Below are positions 29,832 through 40,059 of a stretch of 64,000 nt of DNA, one piece after another. The stretch is taken from sequence record SRR20825019_1453; one strand, given 5' to 3'. Position numbers and translations under genes: made by a program. The notes below the pieces were generated by a model, which saw only the letters and a list, made by a program, of their open reading frames with translations, searched no databases and was not told the origin of the DNA. Each line of letters begins with the position of its first letter. Positions within the stretch are counted from its first letter, which is position 1.

Positions 29832-30266
29832 ATGAAAGTTAACATCATTAATCATTCAAAACATCCGTTGCCGAGCTATGAAACAATTGCTTCCGCAGGT
29901 CTAGATGTTAGAGCGAACCTTGAATCATCCATTGAACTTAAACCTTTTGAAAGAATCCTCGTTAAAACGGGACTTTTCATGGAAATTCCTGTGGGATTTG
30001 AATGTCAAGTTAGACCTAGAAGCGGACTGGCTCTCAAGAAAGGGATTACCGTTCTAAATTCTCCGGGGACAATCGACGCAGATTATCGCGGTGAAGTCGG
30101 AGTAATTTTGATTAACTTATCACAAGAAATTTTTGTCATCGAAGACGGTGAACGAATTGCGCAATTGGTCTTCGCAAGTGTTGAGCAAGCGCAATGGAAT
30201 GAAGTAAATGAATTAACTGAAACTGAACGCGGTGCGGGTGGTTTCGGCAGTACAGGAGTGAAATAA
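29832..30266 (+). CDS. dut: dUTP diphosphatase
   Basis: [23 protein letters not shown] and [10 protein letters not shown] motifs; TACTTTTG -7 element at 29806-29813. Confidence 0.97.
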   Translation: MKVNIINHSKHPLPSYETIASAGLDVRANLESSIELKPFERILVKTGLFMEIPVGFECQVRPRSGLALKKGITVLNSPGTIDADYRGEVGVILINLSQEIFVIEDGERIAQLVFASVEQAQWNEVNELTETERGAGGFGSTGVK

Positions 30267-30332
30267 ACGATGCGGAAGTATCAACACATATTATACGGTA
30301 GTTTCGTCTATCGTTCGTAAAAATTGAACCAA

Positions 30333-31343
30333 ATGAAAGTAATCGTTCCAATGGCAGGAAGAGGAAGTCGCCTGCGTCCACATACATTAACCATCCCAAA
30401 ACCGTTAGTTCCAGTTGGGGGGAAACCAATTGTGCATCGATTAGTGGAAGATATCGCAGCGGTGTGCACAGAGAAAATTGAAGAAATTGCTTTCGTAATT
30501 GGTGATTTCGGTGATGAGGTGGAAAAAGAATTGATTCAAGTAGCAGAAAGTCTTGGAGCGAAGGGGTCAATCCACTATCAAGATAAACCGCTTGGAACAG
30601 CACATGCCGTTTTATGTGCGAAGGAAAAACTGGATGGGCCTGTTGTTGTAGCATTTGCAGACACACTGTTTAAAGCTGATTTCAAAATCGATTCTTCGGT
30701 AGATGGAATTCTTTGGGTGAAGCAAATTGAAGATCCAAGCGCTTTTGGTGTGGTAAAAATGAATGAAGCCGGAGAAATTATTGATTTCGTTGAAAAACCA
30801 AAGGAGTTCGTTTCAGATCTTGCCATGATTGGAATTTACTACTTCCGAGATGGTGCTGCGCTCAGACGCGAACTAGAATATTTGATCGACAATGATGTGA
30901 TCAAAGGTGGAGAATATCAATTGCCAGATGGACTCAGAAGATTGACAGAAGCCGGATACAAATTCAAACCAGGAGAAGTGACAGAATGGTTAGACTGCGG
31001 AAACAAAGAGGTTACTGTTCACACCAATCAGCGTGTATTGGAATATGATTTGGAGAGAGGACTCGAAACAGTTCACTCTTCTGTGAAAAATAGAAACTCT
31101 GTAATTATTCCTCCGTGTTTTATTGGGGAGAATGTAACAATTACGAATTCGGTAATTGGACCGCATGTATCCATTGGTGCAGGGTCTTCAGTAGAATCGA
31201 GCGTGATTGTAAATTCTAACATTCAGGGAAATACACACATAGAACATACGAATTTAAAGAACTCCATGATTGGATCGAATGCTTCCTACAAAGGTTTGGC
31301 GCGAGATTTGAGTCTTGGGGATTATTCAACGATACATGAATAG
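30333..31343 (+). CDS. Sugar-phosphate nucleotidyltransferase
   Basis: MAGRGSRLRPHT...PKPL, VEKP and WLDCG motifs; C-terminal hexapeptide repeats. Confidence 0.92.
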   Translation: MKVIVPMAGRGSRLRPHTLTIPKPLVPVGGKPIVHRLVEDIAAVCTEKIEEIAFVIGDFGDEVEKELIQVAESLGAKGSIHYQDKPLGTAHAVLCAKEKLDGPVVVAFADTLFKADFKIDSSVDGILWVKQIEDPSAFGVVKMNEAGEIIDFVEKPKEFVSDLAMIGIYYFRDGAALRRELEYLIDNDVIKGGEYQLPDGLRRLTEAGYKFKPGEVTEWLDCGNKEVTVHTNQRVLEYDLERGLETVHSSVKNRNSVIIPPCFIGENVTITNSVIGPHVSIGAGSSVESSVIVNSNIQGNTHIEHTNLKNSMIGSNASYKGLARDLSLGDYSTIHE

Positions 31344-33045
31344 ATTTTTAGCCTATTTCTTTTTAATCATCCTTTTAGCGAGCTGCGGCTCAGGAAAGGA
31401 GATCGTACCCGCTCAAAAAACAATTGGGAAAGCGGATTATCCTTACATTGAATTATTTCACCAAGGTTTGAGGCTGAAAGCTCAAGGTCGGGTGCCCGAA
31501 GCGATTGAAAAACTAGAAAAATGTTTAGTTGTTCGGCAAAATGATGATGCTGTTTTCTACGCACTTTCTCAGCTAGAATTGATGCGAAACAATCCGCAAT
31601 TGTCCGCAGAATATATTAAAAAAGCGGCGGCAATTGATCCAAAGAATATTTGGTACGCTCAGGAATTAGCATACATGTATTATGAGCAAGGAAATTTTGC
31701 TGAATCTGTGGCAAATTTTAAGCGTTTGGTAGAACGTGAACCTTCCAACGTAGATTGGTTATTTGGTTATTCTGAATCGCTTGTGAAAACGGGGGATGTT
31801 TCAAAAGCAATTGAAGTATTGAACAATGCAGAGGATCAAGTTGGAGTAAATCCGCAACTTTCTGTACATAAGTATGGATTGTTCATGTCGATTAAAAAGG
31901 AAAAGGAAGCGATTGAAGAATTGAACAAGGGAAGAAAAGAGTTCCCGAAAGATCCTCAATTAATCGCAACGCTTGTAGACCATTATTTTAGAAACGGAAA
32001 TGAAACGAAAGCGACAGAAATGTTGCTCCAGCTAATTGATGCAGATCCTGAAAATGGTCGAGCACGCTTGGCGCTGGCAGAATTATACCGTAAAAAAGGC
32101 AAAAAGGCAGAAGCGTATAAAGAATTGTTGGTTGCATTTAAGTCGGAAGATTTAGACCTCGATACGAAAATGCAAATCTTGATTGGGATTCAAGAGGCTA
32201 GCTACAAAGTGGATCCAGAAGCAATCGAATTAGCAGAATTGATGGTGATTCAGTACCCAAAAGAGGCAAAGGCGCACTCAATTTATGCAGATTTCATGCT
32301 CAGTCAAGGAAACGAAACTGAAGCATTAAAATCGTATCGACAAGCGTTAAAATTCGACAAATCGCAATATCCAATCTGGAATCAGGTATTGATCATGGAA
32401 TATCAAATGGGTGATTATGAGGCCTTGTATGCTGATAGTAAAGAATGTCTTGAATTTTTCCCAACCATCGCAACGGTTTATTTACTCAATGGTGTTGCCG
32501 GAAATCAAACTAAGAGATTTCAAGAAGCTTCGGAAAGTTTAGCGATTGGAAAAGAAATGGTGATAAATGACAAGCCCATTTTGGGCGAGTTTTATGGTCA
32601 ATTGGGTGATGCGAACTTTGGTTTGAAGAACAATGCTGAAGGAAAGAAATATTATCAGAAAGCCATTGAAACCGATCCAAGCAGTACGCTGCTTAAAAAC
32701 AATTTTGCCTATCGTTTGGCAACAAGCAAGGATGATCTAGAACTAGCAGAGTCAATGATTCAAAAGGCACTTGCCGGAGCACCGAACCAACCAAGTTTCC
32801 TAGATACTTATGGCTGGGTTCTGTTCCAAAAAGGAAAGTTTACCGAAGCGAAAAGCAAATTTGAGTTAGCTTATTCATTGGACGCTGAGGATGCAATGAT
32901 TGTTGAGCACTTGGGTGATATTCACTTTAAACTGGCAGACGTTCCAAGTGCACTCGAGTGGTGGACAAAGGCATTAGCCATGAAAGAAAACAATCCAATT
33001 CTCGATAAGAAAATTAAAGAAAAGAAATATTATGCGCCTGAATAA
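31336..33045 (+). CDS. Tetratricopeptide-repeat lipoprotein
   Basis: Lipobox LLASC; TPR helices including NNFAY...LDTYGWVLF. Confidence 0.88.
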   Translation: MNRFLAYFFLIILLASCGSGKEIVPAQKTIGKADYPYIELFHQGLRLKAQGRVPEAIEKLEKCLVVRQNDDAVFYALSQLELMRNNPQLSAEYIKKAAAIDPKNIWYAQELAYMYYEQGNFAESVANFKRLVEREPSNVDWLFGYSESLVKTGDVSKAIEVLNNAEDQVGVNPQLSVHKYGLFMSIKKEKEAIEELNKGRKEFPKDPQLIATLVDHYFRNGNETKATEMLLQLIDADPENGRARLALAELYRKKGKKAEAYKELLVAFKSEDLDLDTKMQILIGIQEASYKVDPEAIELAELMVIQYPKEAKAHSIYADFMLSQGNETEALKSYRQALKFDKSQYPIWNQVLIMEYQMGDYEALYADSKECLEFFPTIATVYLLNGVAGNQTKRFQEASESLAIGKEMVINDKPILGEFYGQLGDANFGLKNNAEGKKYYQKAIETDPSSTLLKNNFAYRLATSKDDLELAESMIQKALAGAPNQPSFLDTYGWVLFQKGKFTEAKSKFELAYSLDAEDAMIVEHLGDIHFKLADVPSALEWWTKALAMKENNPILDKKIKEKKYYAPE

Positions 33046-33841
33046 AGTATATCTAGTAGTGATAGGGATGATGCTTTTTCTGGTGTCGTGTTCTCCAAAA
33101 GTTGCAGAAGTTTTGGAAAAATTGCCGCGTGTCAAGGACAGTGATTTGGCTGTTTCTCTAGATTCGATGGCGAATCAGCATTTCGGATCATTCTACGCTA
33201 AACTCTCGACCAATTATCAGGATTCATCTCAGAATGTGAAGTTCAAAACGTCGATTAGAATTAAGGAAGATAGTGTTGTGAATGCACTCATAACGTACGC
33301 TACAATTCCTATTTTCAACACGTTAATCACTACTGATTCTATTAAACTAACTGATAAACGAGAGAAATGCTATCAAATGCAGAGTCTTGATTTTATCAAG
33401 GAGAATTTCGGAGTTGATTTTACCTACCGAAACATCGAAGAGTTGTTTTTAGGAATGCCTCTCGCGTACGATTCTACGAGTAAGTATTTTAGAGTCAAAG
33501 ATCCTTACACATATACCGTTTGCTCACATAGAAAAAAGCAAGTAAACCGAATTGAACGTAAGGACGAAGATGTAGTGGTACTTTATTATGTACTTTCTGA
33601 GGATAGAAGAGATTTATTGTCAACAATTGTCGAAAGTCCACAGGATACGACTTCAATACAAATTGATTACTTAAATCGCATGGAAGCTAACGGTTATCGA
33701 ATCCCTAAAGATGTGACCATACTTGTAAAGACTCCGCGCAAAGTGATTAGAATTGCGATGGAATACAACAAAGCAGAAGTTGGTGTCAAAGAAGATATTT
33801 ATTTTGTAATCCCTGAAGGCTATGAAGAATGTTCTAATTAA
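33032..33841 (+). CDS. DUF4292-like lipoprotein
   Basis: Lipobox LVSC; IRIKEDS, LITTDSI and FVIPEGY; lies between the TPR and EnvC genes. Confidence 0.75.
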   Translation: MRLNKVYLVVIGMMLFLVSCSPKVAEVLEKLPRVKDSDLAVSLDSMANQHFGSFYAKLSTNYQDSSQNVKFKTSIRIKEDSVVNALITYATIPIFNTLITTDSIKLTDKREKCYQMQSLDFIKENFGVDFTYRNIEELFLGMPLAYDSTSKYFRVKDPYTYTVCSHRKKQVNRIERKDEDVVVLYYVLSEDRRDLLSTIVESPQDTTSIQIDYLNRMEANGYRIPKDVTILVKTPRKVIRIAMEYNKAEVGVKEDIYFVIPEGYEECSN

Positions 33842-35147
33842 ACCTTGGTTTATTATTGCGGCATGGTGTTTTATTTCTTTAGGAAGTTGGGCTCAATCGA
33901 GTGATAAGCTAAAGAAGGAACAAGATCAACTAGAGAAGAAGATTGCCGTTACAAAATCGTTACTGGATAAAACCAAAACCAATACGGCGAGCTCGCTAAA
34001 TGAGTTGAAGGTGATCCAAAATCAAATTTCTTTCAGAGAACGTTTGTTGAAGAACTACGATGATCAAATTCGTGGAGCAGAGTTAACTGTTCGCGAGAAA
34101 GATGCGGTAATCATCAAGTTGAAAGAGAAGGTGGAAGCGCTCAAAGTGCAGTATAAAAAATTGCTCATTTATGCCTACAAACACCGAAATAAGTACGGGA
34201 AAGTGATGTATATTTTTGCTTCAGACAGTTACAACGAGGCAAGAAAACGGAATAAATACTTGAAACGAATAGCGGCGCTTCAACAAAAGCAGTTTCTGGT
34301 AATTCGCCAGAATCAAAAGCTCATAAAGGAAGAAATTGCTAAAATTCAAGATGAAAAGCAGCAAAAAATCGTAGTGCTCTCTGAAAAGAAAAAAGAGAGG
34401 GTGGAGATCGAAAAAGACCGAGAAAAAAAGGAAGAGGTTTATCAAAAGTTCCGAGAGGAAGAGGAGAAATTACTCGCTAAACTCAGGCAGGAAGAAAAAG
34501 AGAAAGAGGTTCTAAGAAGTAGAATAAACACTGCGATTCAAAAGGAGATTGCCGAGGCAGAAGCTAGGAGAAAAAAAGAAGAGGCGGCCGCATTGGCTGC
34601 TGCAAAAGCACGTGAAGATAAGGCCGCGAAGGAATCTACCGTCGCAAGCGATCCGAAAACGAATCCGACAACTTCAACACCATCCATCGTTTTAGAAGAA
34701 ACCAAGGAAGCTGCCTTATTGAGTAAAAGCTTTGAAGGAAACAAAGGAAAATTGCCGTGGCCAGTCGCAACGGGAACAATAACGGAGAACTTTGGTACGA
34801 ACGCACACCCTACGCTTAAAAATGTATCAACGAATAATCGAGGAATTGATATCAGTGCAGGCAAGAATGCGCAAGTTAGAGCTGTTTTTGACGGTGAAGT
34901 AACGAGTGTTCTTAATATTCCAGGTGCTGGAAAAGTGGTGATTATTAAACACGGGAATTACCGAACTGTTTATAGTAATCTTCAAGATACCTATGTTTCA
35001 ATTGGGATGAAGGTGACGACTAAGAAGATCATCGGGTCACTTTTAGCAAAACCAAATGAATCGTTTTCTGTTGCTCACTTTGAAATTCATAAAGTAGAAG
35101 GAAGTAACGTTACTTGTCTGAATCCAACTCTTTGGGTGGCGCAGTAG
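33822..35147 (+). CDS. EnvC-like murein hydrolase activator (coiled coil + M23/LytM domain)
   Basis: Long coiled coil; KGKLPWPV, NRGIDI, IIKHGNYRTVYSNL and HFEI (degenerate metal ligands). Confidence 0.88.
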   Translation: MKNVLIKPWFIIAAWCFISLGSWAQSSDKLKKEQDQLEKKIAVTKSLLDKTKTNTASSLNELKVIQNQISFRERLLKNYDDQIRGAELTVREKDAVIIKLKEKVEALKVQYKKLLIYAYKHRNKYGKVMYIFASDSYNEARKRNKYLKRIAALQQKQFLVIRQNQKLIKEEIAKIQDEKQQKIVVLSEKKKERVEIEKDREKKEEVYQKFREEEEKLLAKLRQEEKEKEVLRSRINTAIQKEIAEAEARRKKEEAAALAAAKAREDKAAKESTVASDPKTNPTTSTPSIVLEETKEAALLSKSFEGNKGKLPWPVATGTITENFGTNAHPTLKNVSTNNRGIDISAGKNAQVRAVFDGEVTSVLNIPGAGKVVIIKHGNYRTVYSNLQDTYVSIGMKVTTKKIIGSLLAKPNESFSVAHFEIHKVEGSNVTCLNPTLWVAQ

Positions 35148-36564
35148 CTAACGAATATTCTAAAGCGATAAACGCTGCACAGAATCCCCAAATTGGAACA
35201 GCCGCTTTGTCTGTATCCAGATAGTTGTTCAATACTCCATGAACGAAGTAGGTAACAAGTGCTAAGATCATTGTGAGGATGAGCGTTTTCATCTCTTTAT
35301 CTTGCTCAGGCCATTTGTTGTACAACGTAATTCCTTTATAGAAAATCGCCGTAACGATGAAAAGCATTGCTAGTAAGCCAAACACTCCCATTTCAGCAAG
35401 TGGACCGAGGTATTCGCTATGTGCATTTCCTAAATCACCAAAGTTGGTTGAGATAATTGTTAGATTGTCTGGATGCTGAAAACGAGCATATTCGAAAGCA
35501 TACGTTCCAGGTCCAAACCCAAAAAACGGGCGTTCTTGAAACATGTCTATTGCACACGACCAACGATTCAATCGCTCTAAGTTAGATGCATCAGTGGTAA
35601 CATTCACGGCACTTGAGAACTTCTCCCCAAATTCTTCCGTGGTGTGCTCGGATTTGACCCGTCCCATTTCCATTTTGATCTTGTCGAAAGTGAAAAGAAG
35701 AACAATTCCTGCAAGAGCTGTTACACCCGCAATCCAAGCAAAGCGAATTTTCATTTTAATCACCACGAGTACACCAACGGCAGCGATCACACTCAACCAT
35801 GCTGCTCGTGTGTATGAGAAGTACAATCCAATTAAAACAATGCCGATTAAGCCGATAATTACAACCTGCATGAGCGGTGTATGTTTCTTGGCAAAATAGA
35901 GCCCAAAAATAAGTGGCGTTGTAAAGGCTACTGCCGCACCGTAAATCGTGTGGTCCTTAAAGAATGGCCACATTACCCAATGTCCTTCTTTCTCTCCGAA
36001 ATTGTAGCTCGCGTGCATCACGAGGGTATAACAAATAGCTATCACCATTCCGAGGCAGAGTAACCAAACAAAGCGCGAAACGTTTTCGGTTTTCTTAAAC
36101 ACAGTTGGTCCTAAAAAGAGCATCGGTACAATAAACCAGAGCTTTGCCAGTAAAAATTTAAAGGAAGTCAACGGGTGTTCACTTGATAGCGAGGTGATAA
36201 AAACCCAAACGAGGTAAAAAACAGCGGCCCAAACAATCTGGTTTCTCCAGATATGCGAAGCAATGATTTTCTGACCGTTCAATTGTTGCATTACAATGAG
36301 AATCAATAACCCAAAAAGCAATGGTTCCGTAGGAAGAAACAAACCAAAACTTTCGGTGTATTCCTCAATATTAATCGAAAGTGGAGTCAAGAAAGCCAAG
36401 CTGAGATAGGTCCATTCTGTATAAAAAACGGCGAAGTAAACAGCGATCAATCCAATTGAGGCAAGTGAAAGAAATGCTTGATCGAGCCACACGAGGTAAC
36501 AAGCCAGTGCAATATAGAGCGCACTGAAAAGAAAAATAAAGCTATGTTGACGAACAAATTGCAC
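35110..36564 (-). CDS. O-antigen ligase / Wzy-family membrane protein
   Basis: Many TM segments; SYTRAAW, SNLER, PFFGFGPG and AHSEYL motifs. Confidence 0.85.
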   Translation of the reverse strand: MQFVRQHSFIFLFSALYIALACYLVWLDQAFLSLASIGLIAVYFAVFYTEWTYLSLAFLTPLSINIEEYTESFGLFLPTEPLLFGLLILIVMQQLNGQKIIASHIWRNQIVWAAVFYLVWVFITSLSSEHPLTSFKFLLAKLWFIVPMLFLGPTVFKKTENVSRFVWLLCLGMVIAICYTLVMHASYNFGEKEGHWVMWPFFKDHTIYGAAVAFTTPLIFGLYFAKKHTPLMQVVIIGLIGIVLIGLYFSYTRAAWLSVIAAVGVLVVIKMKIRFAWIAGVTALAGIVLLFTFDKIKMEMGRVKSEHTTEEFGEKFSSAVNVTTDASNLERLNRWSCAIDMFQERPFFGFGPGTYAFEYARFQHPDNLTIISTNFGDLGNAHSEYLGPLAEMGVFGLLAMLFIVTAIFYKGITLYNKWPEQDKEMKTLILTMILALVTYFVHGVLNNYLDTDKAAVPIWGFCAAFIALEYSLATAPPKELDSDK

Positions 36565-37560
36565 CTAAGCCAGTTTTCGTAACTCAGTAAGACGATCCTT
36601 AACGAGCAATGCGAAAATGACAAAGAAAAATGTTCCAAGGGTCGCCAAAAGAACAATAATCATTCTTTTTGGCTTATCTTTTTTATCTGCTACAACCGCC
36701 CCTTCAACAACAAATTTGTGATTGAATTCTGCGTTAGCATCTGATTCAGCTTGTTCGTAAGAATCTTCAAAATTGGTGAGTTTCACAATCTTTTCGTCAC
36801 GAAGCATCTCTAAACCGTCAAACTTAGCACCGTAAAGAAGGTTAACGTCAATTTGTTTCTTGAAGAAATCTCTATCCGCTTGGTTTTTAGATTCGTTGTA
36901 TGCTGAAAACAAGTTTGCACGTCCCTCAATGGACACAACACCCATGCGAGAAAGACTGTCCATCTCTGTTAAAATGGCTTCTTTTTCCGTCTCCAGTTGT
37001 TCCTTCTTTCGTAAGTTAATTTGGAATGCAGGAATCGTTCTTTCCTTAACCATGTCGTTCTTAACTGTATCGATCAAGTCAACAATTTTATTGGCAATAA
37101 CGGCCGCTAATTCTCTGTCACGATCTGAAACATCGATTATAATTGAACCGTAACGCGTTCTAGAAAATTGAATATGACTGTCGTATTCATTCGCGAGTTT
37201 AAAGTTTTTGTTGGGATCATCTTGCTTAATTTCATAGTGGTCAAACAAGTTAAAGCGCTCAACAATTCGGTTTCGAATCCGCGACGATTGTAAAATTTGA
37301 AGTAATTGTTCTGCCTGCTCTTCTTCTCCAAAATCCATAGACGATGCTTTTGCATTTCTTTGTTCCGAGAAAGATACAGTACTTGTTGCCGTAGGGAATA
37401 CGATTGCTGTTGATTTGAACATTTCGGTCATAAACAGCGACACAACGATGGAAGCGGCAAAGGCAATTCCAGTAACAATCATTATAATAACGCGTTTTCG
37501 CCAAATGAACAAAAGAAGATTTTGACTTTCCTTTTGGAGTTCATCAGTGTTTTCACTCAT
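36565..37560 (-). CDS. Wzz-type chain-length determinant
   Basis: Two terminal TM helices around a coiled-coil periplasmic region; KDKPKR motif; TAACTTTG -7 element at 37583-37590. Confidence 0.85.
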   Translation of the reverse strand: MSENTDELQKESQNLLLFIWRKRVIIMIVTGIAFAASIVVSLFMTEMFKSTAIVFPTATSTVSFSEQRNAKASSMDFGEEEQAEQLLQILQSSRIRNRIVERFNLFDHYEIKQDDPNKNFKLANEYDSHIQFSRTRYGSIIIDVSDRDRELAAVIANKIVDLIDTVKNDMVKERTIPAFQINLRKKEQLETEKEAILTEMDSLSRMGVVSIEGRANLFSAYNESKNQADRDFFKKQIDVNLLYGAKFDGLEMLRDEKIVKLTNFEDSYEQAESDANAEFNHKFVVEGAVVADKKDKPKRMIIVLLATLGTFFFVIFALLVKDRLTELRKLA

Positions 37561-37640
37561 AAGTTCCGTTTTTTTAGTAGCGCAAAGTTAACTTTTCTAG
37601 TTGAGTCTAATAACTGTTAAAAAGGCATTTTATTTTATCC

Positions 37641-39089
37641 TCAGGAGATTTCTTTTTCGACGGGGGTGATCAAGTTCGCTTTCAGTTCTTTAAGGTCAAT
37701 TAAGCGAAAAGCAAAAAGGCAAATCGCCATGAGTAAAAGAAGGAGTATGAACCATCCGTTAGAAGAAACGGGGAAAAATATACCAAGGAGAATCATCGCG
37801 GTGACGAATCCTGAAAACTGGATAATAATCCGTGAATTGGGGCGCATGTTGAAATGATACATGCAATAAATAATCTGCACCAACGAAACAACACTTTGCG
37901 TTGATAATGTCGCAAATGCAGCTCCAGCGGCACCATAGATAGGAATGAGAAAAATGTTCAAGCCAATGTTAACACAAATCCCAACGAGTGCCGTGCTATT
38001 CAGAAAGCGCAATGATCCATTTGCGGTGAGCAATGTTCCAAAAATGAGACTGCTACACATTCCTACAAACGCAAACATGATGAGTTGAAAAGACTCGATA
38101 CTGGAAATCCCATAGTCATCATAAATCCAGCCAAGAATTCGATCCGCGTGGAAGTAACAAAGAATACTTATTCCAAACGCTCCTCCAATAAGTAGTTTTC
38201 CAGCAGTAGTTAGCAAGGGAACAATATTGGATTTTTCGCTGAACATTTTCGAGAAAATGGGGAAAAGTAGATTCGAGAAAATCATCGCAAGCATAAAGAA
38301 AGCATCGAGCAATCGAAAGCCTTGTGCATAATATCCCGCTTCCGACTTTCCATTCGGGTGCAAGCGTTCAATCATTACAGAATCGATGCGCGTGTAAATC
38401 ATCATTAACAAAATCAACAATGCATACGGAAAGCTTCGCTTGATAATTGCATACGAAAAGAGCTGATTGTGCTTGACTTTCGGAAGTCCAATTTTCTTCA
38501 ATAAAATAACGTAAGCAATAATAAGCGTGAAGCCATAACAAACCGTTTGAATCCATACAAACCACTCAATTTTGAATGGTGTATTGTTCAAAGGAAAATA
38601 TAGAATTGTACCGCAGAATACAATTAGTAAAAATCGATCAAGTACGCTAATGAGCGCTTCGGTGCGAAACATCATAAGTCCGCCAAAATGACTTCGGGCA
38701 TACGCAATTAGCGTAACGAAAAGTTGATTGATGACTAAAAAAATCAAAAGCGAAAGTTCTACATTGCCCCAACCGATTACAAAGCCAAAAGAAAAGGTGA
38801 TAACCGCATAAAGCAAAAAGAGCATGATTCTCAGAGAAAGAATCTTTCCGATGTAGGTGGTAGCAGCATTTGGATACTGTGCAACGCTCTTCGTGGTGAA
38901 ATTGTTAATTCCAAAATCCATCAAAATATTGAACAGAAAAGAAAAGTTGAGCAAGGAAAAATACATTCCATAGTCTTCAGACCCAACGCGATTTTGTATT
39001 TCCGCATCAATTCCAAAAATGGCCGCCGGCTTGACGAGCAAATTCAGAACAATCATCAATATTAGGTTCGAGATAAACTTTTGTTGCAT
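37641..39089 (-). CDS. Oligosaccharide flippase (Wzx family)
   Basis: 12-14 TM segments; YGMY, DFGI, RIDSVM, GYYAQG and YGAAGAA motifs. Confidence 0.85.
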   Translation of the reverse strand: MQQKFISNLILMIVLNLLVKPAAIFGIDAEIQNRVGSEDYGMYFSLLNFSFLFNILMDFGINNFTTKSVAQYPNAATTYIGKILSLRIMLFLLYAVITFSFGFVIGWGNVELSLLIFLVINQLFVTLIAYARSHFGGLMMFRTEALISVLDRFLLIVFCGTILYFPLNNTPFKIEWFVWIQTVCYGFTLIIAYVILLKKIGLPKVKHNQLFSYAIIKRSFPYALLILLMMIYTRIDSVMIERLHPNGKSEAGYYAQGFRLLDAFFMLAMIFSNLLFPIFSKMFSEKSNIVPLLTTAGKLLIGGAFGISILCYFHADRILGWIYDDYGISSIESFQLIMFAFVGMCSSLIFGTLLTANGSLRFLNSTALVGICVNIGLNIFLIPIYGAAGAAFATLSTQSVVSLVQIIYCMYHFNMRPNSRIIIQFSGFVTAMILLGIFFPVSSNGWFILLLLLMAICLFAFRLIDLKELKANLITPVEKEIS

Positions 39090-39116
39090 ACTTCGTATTA
39101 ACGCAGAATGGTCTGG

Positions 39117-39848
39117 TTAATTTCTCGTAAAGATAAAGTTTTGAGTAAGATGAATTTCCGAATTGAATGGCACAAGATGGTTTTGAGAAGCGACGTTAAT
39201 CGAATAGCCCAATTTCGTTAGGAAATCAAAGCATTTCTGACGGTTTTCGTTATCCCAAAGTTCGGTGTAAATAATAGGGTGAAATTTCTCAATAATGGAC
39301 TGTCCTCCTTTTAAAACAAAGTATTCGAAGTTTTCAACATCCATTTTAATTCCTTGGATTGCTGTCTCAGAAGCGCATAAGTTATCTAAAGTCGTCATCG
39401 GAACTTCAAATTCTTCTCCTTCGTTCCATTCAGTAATTGTTTCATGCTTAACATGACTCAATCCTTGCATTTTCGCGCCAGCTTTCGTAGGAAGAATCAT
39501 CTTCACCGTTCCTTCGGATTCGCCCAAAGCAACCTCATGAAAAACGACATTCTTCAAGTTGAATTTCGAGATGATTTTCTTGAAGATAGAACGATTGTCG
39601 GGCATCGGTTCGATAGCGATTATGCTCGAGTTAGGAAGTTTTTGTGCCAAATGAACCGTCATGATTCCTAAGTTCGCGCCAATGTCCAAGACACTTCCGT
39701 TTCCATCTTTAAGCATTCCAAGAAAGGTAAAGAAATCGTTCTCCTTCGAATCGTTTTTGAGTGTTCTGATTTTATACTTCGCGAAAAAATAGAGGTAAGA
39801 TCTAAACCCCAATGTGCGTTGTAAGATATATTTAATCGAATTTTTCAC
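39117..39848 (-). CDS. FkbM family SAM-dependent methyltransferase
   Basis: VLDIGANLG, IEP and IKMDVENFE motifs. Start reassigned to the GTG at 39848, downstream of a TACTTTTG -7 element (39862-39869). Confidence 0.88.
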   Translation of the reverse strand: MKNSIKYILQRTLGFRSYLYFFAKYKIRTLKNDSKENDFFTFLGMLKDGNGSVLDIGANLGIMTVHLAQKLPNSSIIAIEPMPDNRSIFKKIISKFNLKNVVFHEVALGESEGTVKMILPTKAGAKMQGLSHVKHETITEWNEGEEFEVPMTTLDNLCASETAIQGIKMDVENFEYFVLKGGQSIIEKFHPIIYTELWDNENRQKCFDFLTKLGYSINVASQNHLVPFNSEIHLTQNFIFTRN

Positions 39849-39920
39849 CCAAATAAGGGTGCAAAAGTAACAAAAACAATGAAGATTAGCGTTACGAGAG
39901 AAAGGATTGCATTTTACGTT

Positions 39921-40053
39921 GGCTTCGATAGCCGCAGTCCACAAGATATGCGTTGAAAAATGGAGAATTCCAGCATCTTTTTAGAACTTGAATCCATCAA
40001 AGCTGTTCATTGAAAATAGAATCGATCCGCGGGCTGAGGCTCTCGAAGCCCGC
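39921..40053. repeat. Inverted pair of REP-like elements
   Basis: GGCTTCGATAGCCGCAGTCC (39921-39940) matches the reverse complement of GGGCTGAGGCTCTCGAAGCC (40031-40050) at 17/20 positions. Confidence 0.65.
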
Positions 40054-40059
40054 AGTGGT

